A stretch of DNA of 64,000 nucleotides from Candidatus Latescibacterota bacterium (GCA_965248265.1 CBDFJF010000001.1:2336001-2400000), one strand, 5' to 3'. Shown: positions 20,433 to 29,558, counted from the stretch's first letter. Translations and numbers: made by a program. Notes: a model not told the origin generated them from the sequence alone.

Positions 20433-21197
20433 ATGCCTGATGCTGTAAGCTTGAGACTCGACGACAAGATTGTCGCCATCACCGGCGGTGCGACCGGCAT
20501 CGGCGCCGCCTGCGTAGAGCTGTTCGCCGAGCGCGGCGCCACGGTGTTTGTCCTTGACTGCAACAGTGAAGAGGGTGCTTCCACCGTCGGCCGCGTTACA
20601 TCGGCCGGGGGAAAGGCCTCGTTCCACCAACTTGACGTGCGGTCCGATTCAGCGGTCAGATCAGCCTTCGGAGAAATTGAGAATGAGCATGGAAGGTTGG
20701 ACGCTCTGGTCTGTTGCGCCGGGGTGATCAAGGGCGCGTATCGCGGTATCAACGAACTCGCCGAGCAGGACTGGGACGCCACCCTCGATACCAACCTCAA
20801 GGGTACCTACCTGACCGCCAAATATGGTTCGCCATTGCTGATCAAGGGAGTGAACCCGGTCCTTCTGCTGATATCCTCAGGTGCCGGCGTGCACGGGGGC
20901 AGCTCGTCCTATGCCTACGCCGCCAGCAAGGCTGGCATGCACGGCATGCATTTCAATCTGGAGCACGAACTCGAGCCTCACGGTGTCCGGGTTCACGTTA
21001 TCTGCCCTGCCAGCATTGCGACCCCGCTCAAACTGGCCAACATCGGCCTAGCTGCCCAGGAGAAAGGCGAAGACGCCCAAGCCGCCATGGATGAGGCCAG
21101 GCAAAGGCTTGGGGAGCCCGTGGGGGTGGCACGGGTGTTGTGTTTTCTGGTGTCGGAAGAAGGATCCTACGTGCGGGGTACCGTCAGCACCCGTTGA
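20433..21197 (+). CDS. SDR family oxidoreductase
   Basis: TGGATGIG, CCAG, YAASK; start ATG 20433. Confidence 0.88.
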   Translation: MPDAVSLRLDDKIVAITGGATGIGAACVELFAERGATVFVLDCNSEEGASTVGRVTSAGGKASFHQLDVRSDSAVRSAFGEIENEHGRLDALVCCAGVIKGAYRGINELAEQDWDATLDTNLKGTYLTAKYGSPLLIKGVNPVLLLISSGAGVHGGSSSYAYAASKAGMHGMHFNLEHELEPHGVRVHVICPASIATPLKLANIGLAAQEKGEDAQAAMDEARQRLGEPVGVARVLCFLVSEEGSYVRGTVSTR

Positions 21198-21204
21198 GCG
21201 GGAG

Positions 21205-21316
21205 GAGTCGGACGGTGGCCCACTGTCAGCGCAGGGGCTGGTCTGACTCGGTGCGGCGCCAGACCAGGGAGCTATTCCCACCCCTTGCTGACGAGTGGGC
21301 CTTTGTCCGAACTCTG
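21205..21316 (-). ncRNA. candidate sigma-54-dependent structured small RNA (~110 nt)
   Basis: Starts at the predicted +1 of a sigma-54 promoter; five nested helices; no credible ORF. Confidence 0.65.
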
Positions 21317-21326
21317 TTGCTGACTC

Positions 21327-21342
21327 AGCAAACGTCGCGCCA
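21327..21342 (-). promoter_or_regulatory. sigma-54 (-24/-12) promoter
   Basis: Minus strand TGGCGC-GACGT-TTGCT against consensus TGGCAC-N5-TTGCW. Confidence 0.8.
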
Positions 21343-21440
21343 CTTTCGATTCAATCAACAAAATTTATCTTAACTATCATATTTACAATACGATAAACTT
21401 ATTTCATTGATTCTGATGGCAGTGGTATTTGGAGTAGAAC

Positions 21441-21549
21441 TGCTGCGTTGTTGCGGCATGCCTGCTGGTGTTTTTCGGAGTAAACTCAATTTTTACAAAT
21501 AGATATGGAGAAATGCATCGAAGCAGCTTCATGCCGCACCAACGCAGCA
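21441..21549. promoter_or_regulatory. pair of upstream activator (enhancer) sites
   Basis: TGCTGCGTTGTTGCGGCATG (21441-21460) and inverted copy CATGCCGCACCAACGCAGCA (21530-21549), 19/20 identical, each self-palindromic TGCYGC-N6-GCRGCA. Confidence 0.7.
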
Positions 21550-21571
21550 CCCACGCCTGCAGGGTTGGGCC

Positions 21572-22963
21572 CTATCGGGTTCTGTATTCTTCTGATTGAA
21601 TATCGTGTTTTCGGAGTAGCCGCTGGAAGGAAGTCCGGTGTAGCCCGGCTTGGACCGCAGCCCGCGAAACATTGCCCTGTGTTGCCGTCAGCAGACCAGA
21701 CAAGTAGTCGCGCTCGAATCGGGCCTTGGCAGCTGCCAGAGTGGTGTCTCCCTCGTCACTGCCTGCTGCGTTGGCTACAGCCTGAGTTGCGATGGCAGCA
21801 GGTAGCGAGGCCAACGTGATGGGACCTGAGTCCGTCAGGGAAAAGGCCCCCTCGATCGCGTTGTGGAGTTCGCGCACGTTACCGGGCCAGTCGTACTGCG
21901 TAAGTGCTTTCATGGCTTCGGGAGCGATGCCATCCACCTTCCGCGTAGCGGCCTCGTTCAACTCCTTGACGAAGTGATCGGCCAGAAGTGGTACGTCGCC
22001 GTCGCGATCTCGTAGTGCAGGCAGGGAGATCGTGAGCACGTTGAGACGGTAGTAGAGATCCTGTCTGAACCGTCCCTCGGCCATCGCTTTGTCCAGATCC
22101 TCGTTCGTCGCCGATAGCAACCGCATGTCGATGTCGAGTGTTTCCGTTCCGCCGACCCGGCGCAACTGTCGCTCTTGAATCACCCGCAACAGTTTAACCT
22201 GCAGGTCGACGCTCAACGTGGCGATCTCGTCCAGGAACACCGTTCCGCCCTGGGCCGCCTCGAGCAAACCTGTCTTCCTCGTGAACGCTCCGGTGAACGC
22301 ACCCCGCTCGTGTCCGAACAACTCGCTTTCCAGCAGTTGATCCGGCATGGCACCGCAATCGATGGGCAGAAACGGAGCATCCGAACGCTTGCTGTTGACG
22401 TGGATGCTGCGGGCGATCAACTCCTTGCCGGTCCCGGTTTGGCCGAGTATGAGAATGCTGCTGTCGCTGTCTGCCAACCGTTGCACCAGGTCCATGACCT
22501 TTCCCATCGCCGCGCTGCGGGCGACGATACCGTCGAAACCCCTCCGAAACTTCAGGGCCCGTCGCAGCATCTCGTTCTCAGTGCTCAGACGCTTCTGGGC
22601 AAGCGCCCGATCGACGGTGATCAACAACTGATCCGGAGAAAACGGTTTTGGCAGGTAGTCGAAGGCTCCCTGCTTGACGGCCTCCACCGCCGTAGAGATT
22701 GTCGGAAATGCCGTCACCATGATCTTCACCAGGTTCTCGTCAATGCTGCGCAGTTCCTCGAGCACCTCGAGACCATCCTTGTCCGGCATCTTCAGATCGA
22801 GCAGCATTAGATCGAATGTCTGTTCACGAACAGCGGCGATGCCGCTATCGGGGGTATCGCGTAGACTGACGTCGTAGCCATGGTAACGGAGCGTCTCCTC
22901 GCAGGCCTCCAACATGGCGGGCTCGTCATCGACGATCAGGATCCTGGCTTTCGTTCGGGTCAA
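21572..22963 (-). CDS. NtrC-family sigma-54-dependent response regulator
   Basis: Receiver, [47 protein letters not shown], Fis-type HTH. Confidence 0.95.
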   Translation of the reverse strand: MTRTKARILIVDDEPAMLEACEETLRYHGYDVSLRDTPDSGIAAVREQTFDLMLLDLKMPDKDGLEVLEELRSIDENLVKIMVTAFPTISTAVEAVKQGAFDYLPKPFSPDQLLITVDRALAQKRLSTENEMLRRALKFRRGFDGIVARSAAMGKVMDLVQRLADSDSSILILGQTGTGKELIARSIHVNSKRSDAPFLPIDCGAMPDQLLESELFGHERGAFTGAFTRKTGLLEAAQGGTVFLDEIATLSVDLQVKLLRVIQERQLRRVGGTETLDIDMRLLSATNEDLDKAMAEGRFRQDLYYRLNVLTISLPALRDRDGDVPLLADHFVKELNEAATRKVDGIAPEAMKALTQYDWPGNVRELHNAIEGAFSLTDSGPITLASLPAAIATQAVANAAGSDEGDTTLAAAKARFERDYLSGLLTATQGNVSRAAVQAGLHRTSFQRLLRKHDIQSEEYRTR

Positions 22964-24246
22964 TCCGTCCTCATACCTTCGTTGGGACTTTCCTCAGTGG
23001 AGTCGCCCATGCCGGGCAAGCGCACGGTCATCGTCGTGCCGCGATGACGGACCGTTTCGACTTCGATTCGCCCTCCCAGCTTTTCCACTATGCCGTAGCT
23101 GACCGACAGTCCAAGGCCGGTCCCCTTTCCCACCTGTTTGGTGGTGAAAAAGGGGTCGAAAATGAGGTCCTTGAAATCGTCGGGAATGCCGTTACCGGTG
23201 TCGGTGACCTTGATGGTAACCATCTCGGTTACTCCGCCGTACTCAGCAGGTCCATCAGTCGTCGCCTCTGTACTGAGACTCAATGTTCCGCCCTCCGGCA
23301 TCGCGTCCACAGCGTTGTTGATCAGGTTGATGAGCACCTGCTCCAATTCGTTGGGATCCGCTTTCACCAGCAAAGGACGGGGGCACAGCTCGGTCTTGAA
23401 ATCGAGTCCGTTCGCGGACATCGCCCTGACCGACAGCGACTGCGCGACGCCGACAACCTCGTTGACGTCGATGGTCTGGGGAATCCCGGACGAGGGACGC
23501 GAGAAGCTCAAGAGATTCTCGACAATCTGATTGATGCGCGCCGTTTGTTCGACGGCCACCTGCAGTGTTGAGACCGCGCGGCTCGAAAGCGACTCCTCTT
23601 CGGCGATCGACAGCAGAAAGTTCAGCTTCATCAGAAGCACACCTGCCGGATTGTTGACCTCGTGAGCAACACCGGCTGCGAGCTTGCCCATGGCCGCCAT
23701 CTTCTCCGATTGGATCAGTTGTGCCTGGGCCAGGGCAAGCGCTCGAGTGCGTTCCTTGACCGTGTCTTCCAGATTCTCCGTGTAAGCACGCTTGGCTTCT
23801 TCCAACTCGGCTTCTGCCCGTCGCAGCACGGTGATGTCGATGATGACGGCCATGGTACCTTCGAAACTGCCGTCCGCTGCTGTGAGAGGAGACGCCGATA
23901 TCAGTGTCGTTAGCGGCGATCCGTTCTTGTGGTAGATGAACGTCTCGTAGTAGTTGCGCAACCCCTTCTGGCGGTGTTGCGTGTACTCCGCATAACGCTG
24001 GAACTCATCGGGGTCCGTGAGCTCGGACAGGCTCTTCCCCTGCAGCTCGTCCGCCTCATAACCCAGCATTTCACACAGGCCTGGATTGACGAACGTCAAA
24101 CGCTCGTCAGAGTCGGTCATGCTGATTCCCGCAAAGGCCGTTTCCACTAGAGCCCGGTAACGTTCCTGGCTCCGGCGCAACTGCTCTGCGATGCGCCGCC
24201 GTTCGCGAAGGGCGACCCCCAGTTTGGTGTTGTGTTCTTCAACCAT
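22960..24246 (-). CDS. cytoplasmic PAS sensor histidine kinase (NtrB-like)
   Basis: PAS domain, EKMAAMGKLAAGVAHEVNNP, NLINNAVDA, DTGNGI, PFFTTK..GKGTGLGL; no TM. Confidence 0.93.
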   Translation of the reverse strand: MVEEHNTKLGVALRERRRIAEQLRRSQERYRALVETAFAGISMTDSDERLTFVNPGLCEMLGYEADELQGKSLSELTDPDEFQRYAEYTQHRQKGLRNYYETFIYHKNGSPLTTLISASPLTAADGSFEGTMAVIIDITVLRRAEAELEEAKRAYTENLEDTVKERTRALALAQAQLIQSEKMAAMGKLAAGVAHEVNNPAGVLLMKLNFLLSIAEEESLSSRAVSTLQVAVEQTARINQIVENLLSFSRPSSGIPQTIDVNEVVGVAQSLSVRAMSANGLDFKTELCPRPLLVKADPNELEQVLINLINNAVDAMPEGGTLSLSTEATTDGPAEYGGVTEMVTIKVTDTGNGIPDDFKDLIFDPFFTTKQVGKGTGLGLSVSYGIVEKLGGRIEVETVRHRGTTMTVRLPGMGDSTEESPNEGMRTD

Positions 24247-24468
24247 CTTGATTAGGAAGCGTAGTTGGCGCCCCGGTTTACTACAAGACGCTCAGGTGCG
24301 GCTGTGGTTCGCTTCATTTCGGCGCCACGAACGGCGGAGTCCAGCAACACAGCTGAATAGCCGATAAGAACAACATCTCGTCGTGAGCATTGTGCAAGAC
24401 GGACTCGAAACAGTGCGGAGTCGGTTGCTGGATCGAATACGGTTGCTTAGTTTGGTGAATCACGAACC

Positions 24469-25662
24469 TTGCTGAAAAATGGACAAAAAGCCCGAAAAAA
24501 GACCACTTTGAAGCAGCCTTCCAGAAAAATCCGCCCGTGGTACACAGGTAAAACGCCCCCCGAAGAAGATGTAATAGGGATCGTCGACCGCATCGACCCT
24601 GATGCCCCCATACTCTATGACCAGGGACAAGAAGAGAACACGGGCGAGTACGCCGACGTCGTCAAGGAGCTGTACGGCAAGATGGATCTGCTCAAGCGCA
24701 GCCCGGACGAATTCCGCACGTGGACGGACGAAGACGGTTATCTGATTTTTTATGAAACACTGCTGGACTTCGCCGAGTCCGAAGTCAAGGACCGGGTTCA
24801 AGTCCTGCAGACCCTGGGAGCCTTTAAGTTCAGAGCTGCTGCTGGACCGGACGAAAAGAAAAGCCTGATCTCGGCCATCTTCACCGATGCCGACGACAAC
24901 GAAGACCCGAACATGGTCAACAGCACCAGAGCGCGGCGGCTGTCGCAGATCTGGTCTCCAGCATCTGATTCGCTTCTCGACTACATCATCTCCCGGCCGG
25001 CCCAGGCCGGACGCGTTCTCTCGGACCGCATCAGTCCGTCGAATCGCGAGCCGTTCCGCCTGATCGGCCATCCGTTCGCTGAAGTCCGCAGCACCGACCT
25101 GATGCCGCTGAAGGAAGCCAAGATCATAGCCTACGAGCGCGACGGGGAGATCCACCTCAACACCGGCGTCCGCACCGTCCTGGAAAACTGGGATCAGGAC
25201 ACCGCCGCTATCGGCGGCGTCGAGCAGGTTAGCCTGTTGGATACCCTGCTGCTACACGAGCTCATCGAACTGGTGTTAGACGAAACCAATCCGGAATACA
25301 CGCCCCTGCACTCGCACATCGTGGCCTGCTCCTTTGAACGCTACCTCAAAGGAACCTTGTTGTCCGTGGCCGTGGAGGACTTTTTCTTGACCTGGCCGCC
25401 AATGTCAGATGCGGAGATTGAAGAGCGGAACGCCAAGCAGATGGCTCAGGAACTCGAAGAAGCCAGCGCGATGTTTGCCGAAGAAGAGATCCCGGATATG
25501 GAAGATGAGGACCTGGACGGACTGCCCGTTGACAGCGATATCCGGCGCCGCAAGAAGAAAAAGAAGAAGAAAAAAATCTCTGGAGGGAAAGTCCCTGGAG
25601 AGAAAGTCCCTGAGGGGAAAGTCGTGAAGAAGAAGGTCAAGAAAAAGAAGAGAAGAGAGTGA
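24469..25662 (+). CDS. hypothetical protein with acidic then poly-Lys C-terminal tail
   Basis: 397-aa ORF with genome-like codon usage; LLHELIEL motif; RRRKKKKKKKK tail. Confidence 0.75.
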   Translation: MLKNGQKARKKTTLKQPSRKIRPWYTGKTPPEEDVIGIVDRIDPDAPILYDQGQEENTGEYADVVKELYGKMDLLKRSPDEFRTWTDEDGYLIFYETLLDFAESEVKDRVQVLQTLGAFKFRAAAGPDEKKSLISAIFTDADDNEDPNMVNSTRARRLSQIWSPASDSLLDYIISRPAQAGRVLSDRISPSNREPFRLIGHPFAEVRSTDLMPLKEAKIIAYERDGEIHLNTGVRTVLENWDQDTAAIGGVEQVSLLDTLLLHELIELVLDETNPEYTPLHSHIVACSFERYLKGTLLSVAVEDFFLTWPPMSDAEIEERNAKQMAQELEEASAMFAEEEIPDMEDEDLDGLPVDSDIRRRKKKKKKKKISGGKVPGEKVPEGKVVKKKVKKKKRRE

Positions 25663-25677
25663 CCGATTGTGCCCTGG

Positions 25678-25701
25678 GGAGCCCGTAGTTCCACGGGCTC
25701 C
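25678..25701. terminator. hairpin between convergent genes
   Basis: GGAGCCCGT-AGTTCC-ACGGGCTCC. Confidence 0.6.
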
Positions 25702-25710
25702 TAGTGGTAA

Positions 25711-26043
25711 TTACTCCTCGCTATCGACCTCAGCCTCAAGTTTTAATCTGCGCAAGGCCAATGTCTGGGCCGCAAGATCCGCCTCAGCGGTCCGAATCTG
25801 CTCACACAACGATCGGGCCTCTGGACTTTCGTCCAGGGCGTTCGCTTCACCATCCAATTGCTTGTAGGCGATAACTCCGAGCGCTGCCAGCAGTCGTGAC
25901 AGACGAGCTTTGGTAGCGGCAATGTCGAGGCGGGCTTTGCTCTGCTGGGTGAGTTCCTCAGCCTTGGCCACGGCCACGGCAGCACCGTCCTGAAGGCCCT
26001 TCAACAGGGCTTCCCACATCCCCTCTGCTCGCTCCGTCGCCAT
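25711..26043 (-). CDS. hypothetical coiled-coil protein (110 aa)
   Basis: MATERAEGMWEALLKGL...; start moved to ATG 26043 because the upstream extension overlaps rpsR. Confidence 0.7.
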   Translation of the reverse strand: MATERAEGMWEALLKGLQDGAAVAVAKAEELTQQSKARLDIAATKARLSRLLAALGVIAYKQLDGEANALDESPEARSLCEQIRTAEADLAAQTLALRRLKLEAEVDSEE

Positions 26044-26080
26044 CGTGGTCTCGCAGTTTGCCGGCGTGATCTGCCCGGAC

Positions 26081-26302
26081 CTAGCGAGTGTCGTTGAGGG
26101 AGTACGGCAGCAACCCCAGAAACCGCGCTCGTTTGATCGCTTGTACGATGCGCGTCTGCTGCTTGCGACTGGCTCCAGTGCGGCGCGCCGCGTCGATTTT
26201 GCCAATCGGATTCAGGTAGCGGACAATGATGTCCAGTCGCTTGTAATCGATCTCCTCTGGCTTGAGCTTTGCCGTGAACTCTTTTCGATTGAACCGTGCG
26301 AT
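26081..26302 (-). CDS. rpsR: 30S ribosomal protein bS18, Cys-free type, apparent ATC start (not in ORF track)
   Basis: (I/M)ARFNRKEFTAKLKPEEIDYKRLDIIVRYLNPIGKIDAARRTGASRKQQTRIVQAIKRARFLGLLPYSLNDTR: IDYK, GKI..RRTG and AIKRAR.L.LLPY signatures; AGGAG 8 nt upstream. Confidence 0.93.
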   Translation of the reverse strand: MARFNRKEFTAKLKPEEIDYKRLDIIVRYLNPIGKIDAARRTGASRKQQTRIVQAIKRARFLGLLPYSLNDTR

Positions 26303-26354
26303 GATATTCTCTCCTGTGTAATCGACCGAGGCACTGGCATTCCAGCAGATCAGT

Positions 26355-26383
26355 AAATTACTCCTTCACCCCTCGAGTGTCAA
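26355..26383 (-). promoter_or_regulatory. sigma-70 promoter for rpsR
   Basis: TTGACA-17 nt-TAATTT on the minus strand. Confidence 0.7.
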
Positions 26384-26390
26384 CGAGGAC

Positions 26391-27713
26391 TTGGCTCCAG
26401 GGCAACTCGCCGTGTCAAAAAACTCACGCATCGCGATCACCTGGGCTCTAGCCGGCAGTTTGCTCACTCTCCTTGCCGCTCATCCCTTTCTGTTCGAGAG
26501 AAATGATGCCCTCGCTTGGGTGCTTGGCGGCCTGATCACCGTTTCGATAATCGTAGCTGGTGCTGAGTGCATTGCCAGAATCGTTCGCCGGCAATGGTAC
26601 GCTACCCCACCAAACGCACCTCGCGTCTGGCACCGACATCTGCTGGCGGTTTCCATGGCCGCGTTTGCCGGTGGAATGGTTCTGTCGTTCAGCGCCAACG
26701 AGCATACCTCTTTGTCCGGCCTGCTGCCGACGACATTCGGCCTGTTGTCCCTGGGATTGGGACGACTGCTTGGGACCGACGAGCGCGCAATCAGCCTGTT
26801 GGCCTGCGCCGCTGTCGGCTCGGGCTCCGTCGTTGCGTGCTACGCCGTGTGCCAGTACCTCGACCTCGACCCGCTGCCTGCGACGACCGCGTTCACCGAC
26901 CGCACTGTTGCCGTTTTTGAGAACCCGAATCATCTGGGCAGTTTCATGGCAGCCCTCCTGCCCATCGCGCTCGGAGGCTTCCTGCTTTCGTCTCGCCTGC
27001 GTTTCCACGTAATCTGGTATCCGGTGACTGCTCTGTTGCACGCCGCGCTACTGCTGGCTGGCAGCCGTGGCGCCTGGGTGGGTTGTCTTGCGGGATTGGC
27101 CGTCCTGGTGTGGACAGCGGCGACCCAGATGCGAAGATCAGGAGGCCGCTGGCATCGAGGACGGATTCTGGCCATGGTCGCGACACTGGCCGCCGTTACC
27201 TTGTGGCTTGGCCCCACCAGAGTCATGGAGAGTGAGCGCGGTGTTGTCACTGTCGGCCAGCGAATATTGAGTACGGCCTACGCCGCCGCCCCAGGGACTG
27301 CGGGCGACCCCACACTCAGCCACCGCTACTTCCTGTGGCATGTCGCGTGGCAGCTGATCCTGGACCGGCCAATTGTAGGTATCGGGCTCGACCGGTTCGC
27401 TGAGGATGCGGAGGACACCACCGAAATGTGGGAACGCTATGGCACCTGGCACGCCCATAACGAATACCTCAACTACTGGGCGGAGGGCGGCCTGTTGACC
27501 CTTGTCGGATTCCTGGGAATGGTGGTCTCTGCATTCCTTCGATCCAGGAAGCATGGTCTGGGTCCGGCGGCTGCCTCCGGAGCTGTAGCTTCGATATTGG
27601 TACATGCCCTGGTAAGCTACCCTCTCCATATGCCAGTGACGGCGATTCTTTTCTGGGTATTACTTGGTATCATTAGCACGGAAGAGGATGCTACATCAAG
27701 GAACTCCTATTAG
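26391..27713 (+). CDS. O-antigen ligase (Wzy_C) family membrane protein
   Basis: Multi-TM; FENPNHLG, GSRGAW, R...W......P..GIG, HAHNEYL...AEGG. Confidence 0.85.
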   Translation: MAPGQLAVSKNSRIAITWALAGSLLTLLAAHPFLFERNDALAWVLGGLITVSIIVAGAECIARIVRRQWYATPPNAPRVWHRHLLAVSMAAFAGGMVLSFSANEHTSLSGLLPTTFGLLSLGLGRLLGTDERAISLLACAAVGSGSVVACYAVCQYLDLDPLPATTAFTDRTVAVFENPNHLGSFMAALLPIALGGFLLSSRLRFHVIWYPVTALLHAALLLAGSRGAWVGCLAGLAVLVWTAATQMRRSGGRWHRGRILAMVATLAAVTLWLGPTRVMESERGVVTVGQRILSTAYAAAPGTAGDPTLSHRYFLWHVAWQLILDRPIVGIGLDRFAEDAEDTTEMWERYGTWHAHNEYLNYWAEGGLLTLVGFLGMVVSAFLRSRKHGLGPAAASGAVASILVHALVSYPLHMPVTAILFWVLLGIISTEEDATSRNSY

Positions 27714-27960
27714 ATCGTGTCTTTGTTGCAGTTATGTGCTGCGCGATTTTTTGCTAAAGAATAACACGTCCCCTCCGATAGTATAACCAGAGACTATTTG
27801 ATACTACTTACTATCGAACCTCCAATTCGTATTCCGGTCGATCAGATAGTCCTCCTTTTCAGGGCCCATCCAACCCTGATCTCCCCGGCTGACGAGGCCT
27901 ACCCAGCCTCGGAACCGGCCCCCTGCCGAACGCCTTTTCGGCCGGCAGTATTCATAATTG

Positions 27961-28005
27961 AGCGCTCCGCCGACCCTACCTAGTCGGCGGAGCGCTTCTT
28001 TTTTT
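27961..28005 (+). terminator. strong intrinsic terminator
   Basis: 14-bp stem AGCGCTCCGCCGAC/GTCGGCGGAGCGCT followed by TCTTTTTTT. Confidence 0.85.
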
Positions 28006-28051
28006 GCTCACGCGGAGCCAATAGCTGGGTGCATTTCTTAGCTTTCATACG

Positions 28052-28486
28052 ATGACTGCCGATACCGTACAGATTAGGTCCCGCCTCTCGATCCCGCTTT
28101 CGGAGTTGCATTTCTCCTTTGACCGGAGCCCGGGGCCGGGCGGCCAGAACGTCAACAAGGTCAACACCAGGGCGGAACTGCGCTTCTGCGTGAGCACCAG
28201 CCCCTCCCTGACGCCATCCATGCGGAACCGCATCTCCACGGAGCTCTCCACTCGACTCAACCGTGATGGAGAGCTCATCTTGCGCTCGTCGCGGTTCCGG
28301 TCGCAGACCCGCAATCGAACAGATTGTATAGAGAAATTCGCCGCTTTGCTGGCGAGGGCCCTGCGCCCACCACCGCCCAAGCGTCGTCCCTCTCGACCCA
28401 CGCGGACTTCCATCGCCAAGCGACTCGACCGCAAGAAGGCCCATTCCCAGAAAAAGACGCTCCGCAGTCGCCCCCAGCCAGACTGA
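28052..28486 (+). CDS. arfB: alternative ribosome rescue peptidyl-tRNA hydrolase ArfB
   Basis: RSPGPGGQNVNKVNT, RSQ..NR, basic tail RRPSRPT...RL..KK. Confidence 0.93.
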   Translation: MTADTVQIRSRLSIPLSELHFSFDRSPGPGGQNVNKVNTRAELRFCVSTSPSLTPSMRNRISTELSTRLNRDGELILRSSRFRSQTRNRTDCIEKFAALLARALRPPPPKRRPSRPTRTSIAKRLDRKKAHSQKKTLRSRPQPD

Positions 28487-28511
28487 TCGCCCCATTTTTT
28501 TTAGAAAGGTC

Positions 28512-28558
28512 TTGCGATTGTTTTCTCTCGCCGGTACGTTAGTTAACGTTAACGTTAA
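28512..28558 (+). promoter_or_regulatory. sigma-70 promoter with perfect 16-bp palindrome over +1
   Basis: TTGCGA-17-TACGTT (28512-28540); TTAACGTTAACGTTAA (28543-28558). Confidence 0.6.
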
Positions 28559-28670
28559 AGTTTATTCTGGAAACGGGAACTGAAAGCACTGGCAGGGCGT
28601 TTGGTAGAGGAATGGAGAAATCGCCTCGTCGTACACGCTTCTGCCGGCACCTATTGGGGGCCATCGCTTT

Positions 28671-29558
28671 ATGAGAGCACAAAAATCAGACACCGCGGCC
28701 GCGAAGGCGGAGCGGAGCACGGATCTGGATTTACACAACCGGAACATGACGGATCTGTATTGGAGGGACATCAGGCACTCCAAACCGCTCAGCCGCAAGG
28801 AAGAGGTCCGCCTGTTCAAGCTGGCGAAGGCCGGAGATGAGGAGTCCAGACAGACCATCATCACCGCCAACTTACGCTTCGTCGTCAGCGTGGCGAGGGA
28901 GTACAAGGACTACGGTATGTCGTTGTCCGAGTTGATCTCCGAAGGCAACGTCGGCCTGCTGGAGGCCACCAAGCGCTTCGACGAAGACCGAGGCTTCAAG
29001 TTCATCACCTATGCAGTGTGGTGGATCCGACAGGCCATCCTGAAAGCGTTGGCCGAGCACGGGAAGATCGCCCGGCCGCCCATGAGCCAGATCAACGATC
29101 TCCAGCGGTTGGAGAAGGAATCCAATGCCCTGGCCCAGAGGCTGGGTCGGGATCCTACCTTTGGAGAAATCGCCACCAGTATCGACATCAGTGCTCTGCG
29201 CACGCGCAATGCCATGGAAGTGGGCCAAACCGATGTCTCTTTCGATGCCCCGACTTACCAGGATGAGGAAACCACACTTCATTCGGTTTACGCCGCCGAC
29301 GAGGATGGTATTGACGAGGCCTTCGAGGATGGTGAGATGCGTGGCACCGTGAACGACTGCCTCGGCGTGCTCGACGACCGCGAGTACCAGATCGTCCGCT
29401 GTTATTACGGCCTGGAGAGCATGCAACCGATGACGCTGGAGGAAATTGGCAACGCTCTGGGCGTGACCCGCGAGCGAGTGCGGCAGTTGCGCAATCGGGC
29501 GATTGACAAGTTGCGTTCTAACTGTGGAGAACTGCTGGCGGAGTTTTCGAAAAACTAA
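28671..29558 (+). CDS. RpoD/SigA-like sigma-70 factor lacking region 1.1
   Basis: ANLRFVVSVA, EGNVGL, GFKFITYAVWWIRQAI, TLEEIG..LGVTRERVRQ. Confidence 0.93.
   Translation: MRAQKSDTAAAKAERSTDLDLHNRNMTDLYWRDIRHSKPLSRKEEVRLFKLAKAGDEESRQTIITANLRFVVSVAREYKDYGMSLSELISEGNVGLLEATKRFDEDRGFKFITYAVWWIRQAILKALAEHGKIARPPMSQINDLQRLEKESNALAQRLGRDPTFGEIATSIDISALRTRNAMEVGQTDVSFDAPTYQDEETTLHSVYAADEDGIDEAFEDGEMRGTVNDCLGVLDDREYQIVRCYYGLESMQPMTLEEIGNALGVTRERVRQLRNRAIDKLRSNCGELLAEFSKN

Noticed and set aside
21048-21281. 77-aa minus-strand ORF as the sigma-54 target
   Set aside because: GTG start buried in the hairpin, 150-nt antisense overlap with the SDR, no protein-like features; not fully excluded
21205-21316. 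tRNA-Sec, SRP RNA or 6S RNA
   Set aside because: No UCA anticodon arm, T-loop or CCA; no SRP domain IV CAGG/GGAA/AGCA; too short for 6S
21345-21520. AT-rich island as a horizontal-transfer or IS scar bounded by inverted repeats
   Set aside because: No transposase or target duplication; position and spacing fit an enhancer/IHF region of the sigma-54 promoter
26044-26205. N-terminal extension of ORF 25711-26205
   Set aside because: Out-of-frame overlap with rpsR
27740-27755. sigma-54 promoter TGCGCG-N5-TTGCT
   Set aside because: Lacks the invariant GG at -24
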